A DNA stretch of 64,000 nucleotides from NCBI GenBank assembly GCA_017399145.1, contig JAFQEG010000030.1:17529-81528 (forward strand), written 5' to 3'. The DNA comes from Clostridia bacterium (GTDB taxonomy: Bacteria; Bacillota; Clostridia; Oscillospirales; CAG-272). Numbering within the stretch: the first letter of the stretch is position 1; the number at the start of each line of letters is the position of its first letter. This document shows positions 54,360-63,247 of the stretch, piece by piece. Under the pieces are notes generated by a model. The model searched no databases. It was not told the origin of the DNA and was given only the letters and a program-made list of their open reading frames with translations. The position numbers and the translations under genes were made by a program.

Positions 54360-55274
54360 TCACTTCTTTTTATTCCTTTTGGCTACAATAGGGGTTACTG
54401 TGCTTTTATGTTTTTTTAGTGGAGATTCTAATTTCTCTTGCTTTGGTTCTTCCACCTTGGGTTCCTCTGCCTTTGGTTCCTCTGGCGTGGGCTCCTCTGC
54501 CTGTGGTGCTTCAGGCTGTGGGTCTTTATTTGGAAGCTTGTTTTCGTATTTAGATAGGTCGGTTTTCATTTTGATTTGGATTTTTGTCTTTTTTCTCTTG
54601 GGGTCCTTTTCGTCAAGGACCTTATCTATTACACGAATTAAGCCCTCGGTGTCGCTAACTATGTAGTCGGCGCCTGCCTCTCTTAAAACCTGCTCGGTGC
54701 GATAGCCCCATGTAACGGCTATTGAAAGCATACCTGCATTATGGGCAGTTTTAACGTCAACGTCGGAGTCACCAACAAAAATACAATTTTCAGGCTTGGC
54801 ACCTAGTGCCTTAGCCACTAAAAGCGCACCCTCGGGGTTTGGCTTTTTAGGTAGGTCGTCTCTGTTGCCTAGAGTACATTTGAAAAGCTTTTTACCAAAT
54901 AGCTTTTCTGTAAGAGCACGAACGAATTTATCCTGCTTATTTGATAAAACGCCTAGTCTTATTTTTCTTTCCTTAAGTCCACCTAACGCCTCGGGAATAC
55001 CGTCAAAGGGATAGGTATCGTTTGCATAGCATTTTGAATACTCGTCCTCGTAGGTTGCAAGGGCGCTATCTACCACAAGGTCTATATCTTGAAGCTCCTC
55101 GGGAAGTGATTGACGAACAAAATTCCTAGCACCATTGTTGATAAAGCGAATAAGCTCACCCTTTGTGCGCGTATCATAGCCTAGCTTTTTAAGCATATTA
55201 TTCATAGCGGTGCCTAGATCGTCCATTGTGTCAGCTAGAGTGCCGTCTAAATCAAAGATTACTGCGAATACCAT
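54360..55274 (-). CDS. HAD-superfamily phosphatase (phosphoglycolate phosphatase-like) with a Pro/Glu/Lys-rich C-terminal tail
   Basis: Motif I is FDLDGTLADT and motif IV is VGDSDVD. The last 90 aa or so are low complexity (PQPEAPQAEEPTPEEPKAEEPKVEEPKQEK...KRNKKK). Confidence 0.8.
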   Translation of the reverse strand: MVFAVIFDLDGTLADTMDDLGTAMNNMLKKLGYDTRTKGELIRFINNGARNFVRQSLPEELQDIDLVVDSALATYEDEYSKCYANDTYPFDGIPEALGGLKERKIRLGVLSNKQDKFVRALTEKLFGKKLFKCTLGNRDDLPKKPNPEGALLVAKALGAKPENCIFVGDSDVDVKTAHNAGMLSIAVTWGYRTEQVLREAGADYIVSDTEGLIRVIDKVLDEKDPKRKKTKIQIKMKTDLSKYENKLPNKDPQPEAPQAEEPTPEEPKAEEPKVEEPKQEKLESPLKKHKSTVTPIVAKRNKKK

Positions 55275-55414
55275 ATTTACCTCCTTTGTAGTCTTTACTT
55301 TAATATTGTAGCATACATTTTGAGAAATTTAAAGTCCTTTATTATATATTAATGTTGCTTTTTTTAATTTGCTATGTTAAAATTATTTTGTAATATGGGT
55401 AAATAGGAGCTTTT

Positions 55415-56344
55415 ATGAAAATTTATAATTCTGCAATTGACCTAATTGGAAATACACCCTTAGTTGAGCTTGGAAATATTGAAAGGGAGCTTTCTCTTAC
55501 AAGCAAAATTTTTGCTAAGGTTGAATATTTTAACCCCTGTGGCTCGGTTAAGGACAGGGCTAGTCTTTATATGATAAACGAGGCTGAGAAAAAGGGGCTT
55601 TTGAAAAAGGGATCAACTATCATTGAGCCTACCTCGGGCAATACTGGTATTGGGATGGCTATGATTGGTGCACTACGTGGCTATTCTGTTATTATTGTTA
55701 TGCCTGATAATATGTCAAGGGAAAGAATTTTATCAATTGAAGCATATGGCGCAAGGGTTGAATTGACTCCTGCTAGTCTTGGTATGAGTGGGGCAATTGA
55801 GAAGGCTAAGGAATTATCATTGCAAATTGAGGGTAGCTATATTCCTTCACAATTTGATAATTTTGATAATTCTCTTGCCCATTATGAAACGACGGGTCCT
55901 GAGATTTATAGCTCGCTTGAGGGCAAGATAGACTATTTTGTTTGCGCCTTTGGTACAGGTGGGACAATTAGTGGTGTTGCAAGGTATCTTAAGGAGAAAA
56001 ATCCTAATATAAAAGTAGTTGGCGTTGAGCCTCTTTCCTCACCATTTATTTCTAAGGGTGCTAGTGGCACGCACAAGATTCAAGGCATTGGTGCCGGCTT
56101 TAAGCCTGAGATTTTAGACCTTGATTTGATTGACGAGATTATTTGTGTAAGTGACGAGGACGCATACAAATTTGGTGCTATGCTAGCAAAAAAGGAGGGA
56201 CTCTGTGTAGGAATTTCCTCAGGTAGCGCTCTTTGTGCAAGTGTTGAGATTGCAAAAAGACATAAGGGTGCAAGCATAGCTACACTCTTTGCCGATAGCG
56301 GACTTAGGTATTTATCCGTTGACGGATATTTTAAAGGAGAATGA
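55415..56344 (+). CDS. cysK: cysteine synthase A (O-acetylserine sulfhydrylase)
   Basis: PLP-lysine motif NPCGSVKDRA, TSGNTGIG loop, 309 aa. Confidence 0.9.
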   Translation: MKIYNSAIDLIGNTPLVELGNIERELSLTSKIFAKVEYFNPCGSVKDRASLYMINEAEKKGLLKKGSTIIEPTSGNTGIGMAMIGALRGYSVIIVMPDNMSRERILSIEAYGARVELTPASLGMSGAIEKAKELSLQIEGSYIPSQFDNFDNSLAHYETTGPEIYSSLEGKIDYFVCAFGTGGTISGVARYLKEKNPNIKVVGVEPLSSPFISKGASGTHKIQGIGAGFKPEILDLDLIDEIICVSDEDAYKFGAMLAKKEGLCVGISSGSALCASVEIAKRHKGASIATLFADSGLRYLSVDGYFKGE

Positions 56345-57276
56345 AAATGAGTGAGAATAAAAAAGCGACTACACCCTTTTTCAAAAGACTAACTGACCCA
56401 AATTACGAGCCAAATTCTATTGGCGAACGAGTAATGCGTGGCTTTTGGTCTTACATAGTTATAACTGTCGGTACTCTTTTAATTGCTTGTGGAGTTTACT
56501 TCTTTAAGTTTCCTAACCACTTTACAGTTGGTGGCGTAAGCTCGCTTTCAGTTGTGCTTACTCACTATTTTCCACAGATTAACGAGTCCATATTTATGGG
56601 TATTGCAAACGTGCTTTTGCTAATTGTGGCATTGATTATTTTCGGTAAGGACTTTGCTATTAAAACAGTATATTCAAGCCTTTTGCTTTCTGCCTCAACT
56701 ATTGCTATGGAATATATTTATCCTATTGAGGAATCACTAACAGGGGATAAATTTCTTGACCTTTTGTTTACAATTGGTGGTATTGCAATTGGTAGTGCTA
56801 TTTTGTTTAGTCAAGAGGCAAGCTCCGGTGGTACTGATATTATTGCTATGATTCTTAAAAAGTTTACTAGTGTAAATATCGGCACTGCTCTTTTGATAAC
56901 TGACGTTATTTTGGTTGTTTTGGGTACTATTGCCTTTGGCATTGAGATAGGTCTTTATTCTCTTTGTGGTCTTGTAATTAAGTCCTTTATTGTTGATAAC
57001 GTAATTGACGGCTTTAACTTAAATAAATGCTTTATTATAGTTACTGACAGAGACGTTGAGCTTTGTGAGTTTATTAACAATCAGCTACACAGGGGTGCTA
57101 CGGTTTCAATGTGTACGGGCTCCTTTACTCACGATAATAAGAGAATGATTATTACTGTTTTGAATCGTCAACAGGCTTCACAGCTAAAGAAGTTTATTAA
57201 GAAAACTGACCCACAGGCGTTTAGTATAATTACCAACTCAACGGATATACTTGGAAAAGGATTTAGAATAGTTTGA
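56341..57276 (+). CDS. YitT-family membrane protein (C-terminal DUF2179)
   Basis: Multi-TM N-terminal part with GGTDI, and a C-terminal soluble domain of the YitT type. Overlaps the cysK stop. Confidence 0.75.
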   Translation: MKMSENKKATTPFFKRLTDPNYEPNSIGERVMRGFWSYIVITVGTLLIACGVYFFKFPNHFTVGGVSSLSVVLTHYFPQINESIFMGIANVLLLIVALIIFGKDFAIKTVYSSLLLSASTIAMEYIYPIEESLTGDKFLDLLFTIGGIAIGSAILFSQEASSGGTDIIAMILKKFTSVNIGTALLITDVILVVLGTIAFGIEIGLYSLCGLVIKSFIVDNVIDGFNLNKCFIIVTDRDVELCEFINNQLHRGATVSMCTGSFTHDNKRMIITVLNRQQASQLKKFIKKTDPQAFSIITNSTDILGKGFRIV

Positions 57277-57396
57277 TTTACACGCCTCTCTGTGCGAGGC
57301 TACACCTCATCCGTCAGCTTTACTGACACCTTCCCCTCAAGGGGAAGGCTTTAAAACTCAACGGATATTTTAGGAAAAGGATTTAGAATAGTATAG
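57235..57396. repeat. 120-bp-offset direct duplication of the yitT 3' end flanking a hairpin-mosaic element
   Basis: AACTCAACGGATATACTTGGAAAAGGATTTAGAATAGTTTGA (57235-57276) is repeated as AACTCAACGGATATTTTAGGAAAAGGATTTAGAATAGTATAGA (57355-57397). Between the two copies lies GCTACACCTCATCCGTCAGctttaCTGACACCTTCCCCTcaaGGGGAAGGC. Confidence 0.85.
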
Positions 57397-57500
57397 ACAA
57401 GGTGTACTACACCTTGTCCAACGAAATCCTCTTACGAGGATGAAATCAACTGTGTTGATGAAGTCACTTCGTGATGAAGTCCTCGCTACGCAAGGGTTAA
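57396..57500. repeat. mini-hairpin/linker array E
   Basis: GACAAGGTGTactacACCTTGTC (57396-57418), CCTCttacGAGG (57428-57439), ATGAAATC (57440-57447), CAACtgtGTTG (57447-57457), ATGAAGTC (57458-57465), CACttcGTG (57465-57473), ATGAAGTC (57474-57481), CCTCGCtacGCAAGG (57481-57495). Confidence 0.75.
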
Positions 57501-57640
57501 TACTACCCATCCGTCTTTTGCTACGCAAAATCCACCTCACCTCACAAGGGTAGGCAAGTATTTTAATTTGCTTCAGCAACATCATTTGACCACAGGTCAA
57601 CATTATTTGTATCAACGATACAACTAACAAAGGGGTTTTT

Positions 57641-58954
57641 ATGGATAATAAAATTAAAGAAAAAAAGAGTGGGAAGTTTCTTGCTACTCTTATAATATTT
57701 AGCTTAATAGGTCAGGTTGCCTGGGTTGTAGAAAATATGTATTTCAACGTATTTATCTACAATATGTTTTCGGCAAGTGAGACTCAAATTTCATTGATGG
57801 TTGGTGCCTCATCTGTGGCAGCGACACTGACTACTCTTTTAGTAGGGGCACTTAGTGACAAGGTTGGTAAGAGAAAAATCTTTATTTGTCTTGGCTATAT
57901 CCTTTGGGGAGTGTCTATTTTAGCCTTTGCTTTGGTAAGAGCAGATATAATTGGTGGGCTATTCCCTACGGTTGCATCTGTTAGTGCTGTATGTATTACA
58001 ATTACTATTATTCTTGACTGCATAATGACATTTTTTGGGTCAAGTGCAAACGATGCCTGCTTTAATGCTTGGCTAACTGACTCAACAACTGAGAAAAACA
58101 GAGGTATGGCAGAGGGTATCAATGCTATGATGCCTCTTATGGCTATTCTAGTTGTATTTGGTGGGGCTATGCTAATTCCTATCAAGAATACAGAGATTAG
58201 CTACTGGACTATTGTCTTTTGTGTAATTGGCACACTTGTAATTTTGATTGGTGCTTTAGGCTTCTTTATTATAAAGGACCCTAAAATTGAGACACAGGGT
58301 AACCAAAATTACTTTGGTAATATTATTTACGGCTTTAAGCCTTCGGTTATAAAATCTAATCCCTTGCTTTATATTTACCTTTTGCTATTTACTGTTTTTG
58401 GTATTTCCATTCAAGTATTTATGCCTTACCTAATTATCTATTACGAGCGTGGCTTACAGATGGCAGACTACGTATTTATTATGGCACCCGCTATTGTGCT
58501 AGCTGCTGTATTTACTGCTATTTGGGGTAGGATATACGACAAGTGGAAATTTAACAAAACTATTATCGTAAGCGTTGCACTTTTGATAATTGGCTACGTT
58601 ATTTTGTTCTTTACAAGTGGTAAGGTGCCTGTATTTATTGGGTCACTTCTTATGATGTGTGGCTTTCTCTCTGGTAATGCGGTATTCGGTGCAGTTATAA
58701 GAGATAACACACCTGAGAATAAGTCGGGTATGTTTCAAGGCCTTAGAATTGTTGGTCAGGTTTTAATTCCTGGTATTGTTGGCCCTGCAATTGGCGCATT
58801 TGTTTTGCGTGATGCTGAAAAGGTGCTAATTGACGGTGTTTCCACCTTTATTCCTAATGCAAGTATATTTATGGGCGCTTTAGTGGTTGCACTTGTGCTT
58901 TGTTTACTTCTTGTGGGCGCTTATTTCCTAATTCGTCGTTTGAAAAAAGGGTGA
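57641..58954 (+). CDS. MFS transporter
   Basis: 437 aa, about 12 predicted TM helices, the loop motif DKVGKRK after TM2. Adjacent to the GH2 gene. Confidence 0.8.
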   Translation: MDNKIKEKKSGKFLATLIIFSLIGQVAWVVENMYFNVFIYNMFSASETQISLMVGASSVAATLTTLLVGALSDKVGKRKIFICLGYILWGVSILAFALVRADIIGGLFPTVASVSAVCITITIILDCIMTFFGSSANDACFNAWLTDSTTEKNRGMAEGINAMMPLMAILVVFGGAMLIPIKNTEISYWTIVFCVIGTLVILIGALGFFIIKDPKIETQGNQNYFGNIIYGFKPSVIKSNPLLYIYLLLFTVFGISIQVFMPYLIIYYERGLQMADYVFIMAPAIVLAAVFTAIWGRIYDKWKFNKTIIVSVALLIIGYVILFFTSGKVPVFIGSLLMMCGFLSGNAVFGAVIRDNTPENKSGMFQGLRIVGQVLIPGIVGPAIGAFVLRDAEKVLIDGVSTFIPNASIFMGALVVALVLCLLLVGAYFLIRRLKKG

Positions 58955-58958
58955 TTAA

Positions 58959-60644
58959 ATGAAGATAAAGCATTTATTAACTAAAGAGGGCAAGGAATTA
59001 AAGGGAAATGAATATGACCTTTATCCTAGACCTCAATTAAGACGTGAGTCCTTTTTCTCCCTTAATGGTGAGTGGGATTTTACATTTGGAGAGGATAAAA
59101 CAAAAATTATTGTGCCTTATCCCCCTCAATCGATTCTTTCCGGAGTTGGCAAGGAATTTAAGGACAACGACCTTTTAATTTACAGTCGCACCTTTACTCT
59201 GCCCTCTGATTTTTTGAAGGAAAGAGTTATTCTAAATATTGGTGCAATTGACCAAAAATACTCTATTTTTATTAACTCTCAATACGTTGACACTCTTGTT
59301 AGCGGTTATATTGCTAATTCAATTGATATAACCGATTATTTAGAGGAAGAAAACAAAATTGAAATAAGAGTAACGGACAATTTGAAAAAGCATATTTACC
59401 CCTACGGAAAGCAAAAGCACAAGCGAGGGGGTATGTGGTACACCCCTGTGTCGGGAATTTGGCAAAGCATTTGGCTTGAATCGGTGCCATATAACCATAT
59501 TAAGTCCTTAAGGATTACTCCCGACAAGGACACGGTTGAGATTTTAGCCTTTGGCGTTGATAAGGCTACTCTGTCCCTTGACCTAGGTGAAAAAACTCTT
59601 GACTTCCCTATGGAAAAGGTGTTTTGTGATGTTTGTGGGGTAAAGATAAAAGTAGTGGACCCTGTATTTTGGTCCCCCGAGTGTCCACATTTATACAATT
59701 TTAAGGTTAAGACTGACAAGGATTTGGTTTCCTCCTATTTTGCACTTCGCACAATTGACGTGCGTGAGGTTGACGGGGTAAAGCGACTTTGTCTTAACGG
59801 CAAGCCCTACTTCTTCCATGGACTTTTGGACCAAGGCTATTTTAGCGATGGTATTTATACTCCTGCAAGTCCTGATTTGTACAGACAAGACGTACAGAAA
59901 ATGAAGGACCTAGGCTTTAATACTCTAAGAAAGCATATTAAAATTGAGCCTGAGTGGTTTTATTATGAGTGCGACAAGCAGGGTATGGTTGTTTTTCAAG
60001 ACATGGTAAACAATGGAAGGTATAGCTTTTTCCTTGATACTGCCTTGCCTACTATTGGCTTAAAGAATTTGCCCGAGAGAAAACGCACTAAGAAGGAAAG
60101 AGATGCCTTTGTTTCCTGTATGAAGAGTACGGTTACACAGCTATATAACCACCCCTGTATCTGTTATTGGACTATTTTTAACGAGGGCTGGGGTCAATTC
60201 TCAAGTGATGAAATGTATGATTTGCTATCCTCTCTTGACAAGACAAGAATTATTGATACTAACTCTGGTTGGTTTGGTAAGCACAAAAGTGACGTTTTGT
60301 CCTTGCACGTTTACTTTAAGCCTGTAAAGCCTATAAAGAGCGACTTGCCTATTGTGTTAAGTGAGTTTGGTGGCTATTCCTACAAGGTTGAGGGTCACGT
60401 GGCAAACGAAAAAAACACCTACGGCTATAAGCTTTTCAACGACCAAAAGGATTTTGAAAATGGACTTATCGACCTTTACGAAAGGGAGATTGTCCCCTTT
60501 GTAAAGACTGGTCTTTGTGCCTCGATTCTTACACAGGTAACTGACGTTGAGGACGAAACAAATGGTCTTTTGACCTACGACCGAGTGGTATGCAAGGTTG
60601 ACAAGGACAAAATGGTTGCACTTGCAAAAGAATTAAAAATATGA
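58959..60644 (+). CDS. glycoside hydrolase family 2 protein
   Basis: YPRPQLRRESFFSLNGEWDF N-terminus, and the TIM-barrel acid/base region WTIFNEGWGQF with the nucleophile region VLSEFGG. Confidence 0.75.
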   Translation: MKIKHLLTKEGKELKGNEYDLYPRPQLRRESFFSLNGEWDFTFGEDKTKIIVPYPPQSILSGVGKEFKDNDLLIYSRTFTLPSDFLKERVILNIGAIDQKYSIFINSQYVDTLVSGYIANSIDITDYLEEENKIEIRVTDNLKKHIYPYGKQKHKRGGMWYTPVSGIWQSIWLESVPYNHIKSLRITPDKDTVEILAFGVDKATLSLDLGEKTLDFPMEKVFCDVCGVKIKVVDPVFWSPECPHLYNFKVKTDKDLVSSYFALRTIDVREVDGVKRLCLNGKPYFFHGLLDQGYFSDGIYTPASPDLYRQDVQKMKDLGFNTLRKHIKIEPEWFYYECDKQGMVVFQDMVNNGRYSFFLDTALPTIGLKNLPERKRTKKERDAFVSCMKSTVTQLYNHPCICYWTIFNEGWGQFSSDEMYDLLSSLDKTRIIDTNSGWFGKHKSDVLSLHVYFKPVKPIKSDLPIVLSEFGGYSYKVEGHVANEKNTYGYKLFNDQKDFENGLIDLYEREIVPFVKTGLCASILTQVTDVEDETNGLLTYDRVVCKVDKDKMVALAKELKI

Positions 60645-60672
60645 AAAAAGAGGTTGTATTACAACCTCTTTT
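60645..60672. terminator. bidirectional terminator
   Basis: AGAGGTTGT-att-ACAACCTCT flanked by A6 and a T-run. Confidence 0.8.
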
Positions 60673-61000
60673 ATTTCTTTAATGATTTTGGGTCGATGCC
60701 TGCGCTTTTTAGGTCGGCATTTACGTGGTTGAGTCTTGACACCATTTTCATAAGTGAGATAAATACGAAAAGGGACAAAAGCCCGATAGCTACCATTAAG
60801 CCGATATACAATGCGATATGCACCTCGCCATAGAGGACAAGGGCAACTATTGCGCCGATATCAAGCAAGCCCCACAAGACAGCTGGAATTACGCCTGCCT
60901 TTATAATTGTTTTTTTAGAGCGAGAAACCTGCTCCTTTAATTCTTCCTTAGACATTCTTTTAATGGAAGCATTTAAAATCTTTTTGCTTCTAGATTTCAT
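60671..61000 (-). CDS. small membrane protein of unknown function
   Basis: 109 aa with a basic N-terminus, then two hydrophobic helices (VIPAVLWGLLDIGAIVALVLYG and LYIGLMVAIGLLSLFVFISL). Confidence 0.5.
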   Translation of the reverse strand: MKSRSKKILNASIKRMSKEELKEQVSRSKKTIIKAGVIPAVLWGLLDIGAIVALVLYGEVHIALYIGLMVAIGLLSLFVFISLMKMVSRLNHVNADLKSAGIDPKSLKK

Positions 61001-61053
61001 AGCAACACCTCATTTCCAAAATATTGTATCATACTTTATTATTTTTTGCAAGT

Positions 61054-62226
61054 CTAAAAGAGTCTTAAAAGGCACATAAATCCAATTAAGATTAAAAGGA
61101 AGCTAAAGTTGAATATTGAAAACTTAACTATGTAGCCCTTTACGCCCTGTGGGTTATGACTTGCGTACTCTCGAAGAGTTATTAGACTAGCTAGCGAGGA
61201 AATAAGCGTGCCTACTCCACCGATATTAACGCCTAGCAAAAGTCCCTTATAGTCGGTTGTGAATTGGGACAATAAAATCGCGCTTGGTACGTTACTTATA
61301 AACTGACAAGAGATTGCCGAGGCTATCATTGTATCAAGCTGTAAAAAGCCCTCAAGTAGTATTCTTACCTCCTCTATTCTTGCCATATTTCCTGAGAAAA
61401 TAAAGAAGAAAGCAAAGGTTAAAAGTAAGGGGTAATCTACCTGTAAAAGTGCACGTCTATCCATAAATAAAAGGACAATTGGTATAATTACTAGTCCTAT
61501 TGGGTAAGGCACACCTCGGAAAACCACCACAATTGAAAGGGCAAAAAGCAAAAGGTAGATTATTGTTTTGAGGGGTGGCAGGGCAACCTTGTCGCCCTCG
61601 ATTTTTATTTCTTCCTTTTTGACAAAGACTAGTGTGCAAAGGGTGATTAGCGCAACGGACAAAATAAATGGGGGTGCCATTATTCCCATAAACTCAAGGT
61701 TGTCAATGGCGAATTTTGAATACAGGTATAGGTTTTGTGGGTTGCCGAAGGGGGTAAGCATACCACCTAGGTTGGCAGAAATGTTTTGCATAATAAAGGT
61801 GTATGCCATATATTTTTCCTTGCCTGTTTCCTTTAAAACAAGGTAGCCAAGAGGCAAAAAGGTCAAAAGCGCCATATCGTTGGCAATTAGCATTGAACCT
61901 ATAAAGGTGATATATAAAAGTGCAAGGACGCACATTCTTGTATTCTTGAAAATCTCTACTATTTTTCTTGCAATGGTAAAGAAAAAGCGAATGTTTTTAA
62001 GGGCGCATACCACGGCTAAAACAAGGAATAGACAGGAAAGGGTTTTTAGGTCAAAATATTCAAGGTATTTTGCATCTGGTGGCACGATAAAGCAGGTTAC
62101 AGTGGCACAAAGACAAGCTATTAGCATAACTATATTCTTTTTGGAAAATGCAAGGACTAGGTCCCTTGCGTGGACTAGCACTTTTATGAAATTGAAGTTA
62201 TGATTCTTGTGTCCTACTGCCCTCAT
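61054..62226 (-). CDS. anion permease of the ArsB/NhaD (CitMHS/SLC13-like) superfamily
   Basis: Polytopic protein of about 390 aa with an NPQN-like motif (TPFGNPQNLY). The start is uncertain because several in-frame Met codons follow. Confidence 0.7.
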   Translation of the reverse strand: MRAVGHKNHNFNFIKVLVHARDLVLAFSKKNIVMLIACLCATVTCFIVPPDAKYLEYFDLKTLSCLFLVLAVVCALKNIRFFFTIARKIVEIFKNTRMCVLALLYITFIGSMLIANDMALLTFLPLGYLVLKETGKEKYMAYTFIMQNISANLGGMLTPFGNPQNLYLYSKFAIDNLEFMGIMAPPFILSVALITLCTLVFVKKEEIKIEGDKVALPPLKTIIYLLLFALSIVVVFRGVPYPIGLVIIPIVLLFMDRRALLQVDYPLLLTFAFFFIFSGNMARIEEVRILLEGFLQLDTMIASAISCQFISNVPSAILLSQFTTDYKGLLLGVNIGGVGTLISSLASLITLREYASHNPQGVKGYIVKFSIFNFSFLLILIGFMCLLRLF

Positions 62227-62365
62227 TTTGACTAGCTCCCTTCCCTCTTTTAAAAATAATCCTTGGAAAGTATACTATTAAATTTAATTTTTGTCAAGTA
62301 TTACTTGAAGTATTTTTAATTATAATATATAATTAACTTGTAAGAATTTTTTGGAAGGTGCTTTT

Positions 62366-63238
62366 ATGAAAAAAGTTTTTGTTGTTGGTAGCTTAAATAC
62401 GGACCTTGTAATAAACTCACCCTATATGCCTCTTGGTGGTGAAACTATTCGTGGAAATGGCTTTATGACTAACTGTGGTGGCAAGGGTGCCAATCAAGCC
62501 TATGCCTGTGGTAAGCTAGGTGGCAAGGTTTACATGTGTGGCTGTGTGGGTGACGACGACTTTGGAAAAATGGCAGTTAGCAATCTACAAAACGTCAACG
62601 TAAACACAGATTTTATATATGAAATTGAAAAAACACCCACAGGAGTGGCTGTAATTGTGGTTACTGAGGGTGAAAACCGAATTATAATTGATAGTGGCGC
62701 AAACGGATTTTTGACAAAAAATCACATTGATTCCGCCTTGTCGGTTGCACAGTCTGGAGATATTTATTTGACTCAGCTTGAAAATCCTATTGATATAATC
62801 GGCTATGGCCTAAAGGTGGCTAAGGAAAAGGGGCTTATAACTGTATTAAACCCTGCCCCTGCATCCCTTGATATTGTAAAATATCTTGAATTTGTTGATA
62901 TTATAACGCCTAATGAAACTGAGCTTTCTATTTTAGGTGGCAAGGAGGTGCTTTTTGATAAGGGCATTGAGACGGTTATTACTACTCTTGGTGGTAGTGG
63001 CTATGAAATAGCAACTAAGGACAAATCTAAAATTTACCCTTGTATTAAGGTTGACGTCCTTGACACAACGGCGGCGGGTGATACTGCCTCCGGTGGACTT
63101 TGCTTAGGTCTTGCACAGGACTGGAGTATTGAAAAATCTATTGAGTTTGGCTCGGTTTGTGCATCTCTTGCTTGTACTAAGCGAGGCGCACAGCAAAGCG
63201 TGCCCTTCCTTGACGAGGCACTTAAATATTTGAAATAG
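62366..63238 (+). CDS. rbsK: ribokinase
   Basis: I chose the ATG at 62366 after GGAAGGTG. Motifs VVGSLNTDLV, GGKGANQA and DTTAAGDT. Confidence 0.85.
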   Translation: MKKVFVVGSLNTDLVINSPYMPLGGETIRGNGFMTNCGGKGANQAYACGKLGGKVYMCGCVGDDDFGKMAVSNLQNVNVNTDFIYEIEKTPTGVAVIVVTEGENRIIIDSGANGFLTKNHIDSALSVAQSGDIYLTQLENPIDIIGYGLKVAKEKGLITVLNPAPASLDIVKYLEFVDIITPNETELSILGGKEVLFDKGIETVITTLGGSGYEIATKDKSKIYPCIKVDVLDTTAAGDTASGGLCLGLAQDWSIEKSIEFGSVCASLACTKRGAQQSVPFLDEALKYLK

Positions 63239-63247
63239 GAGACTTTT

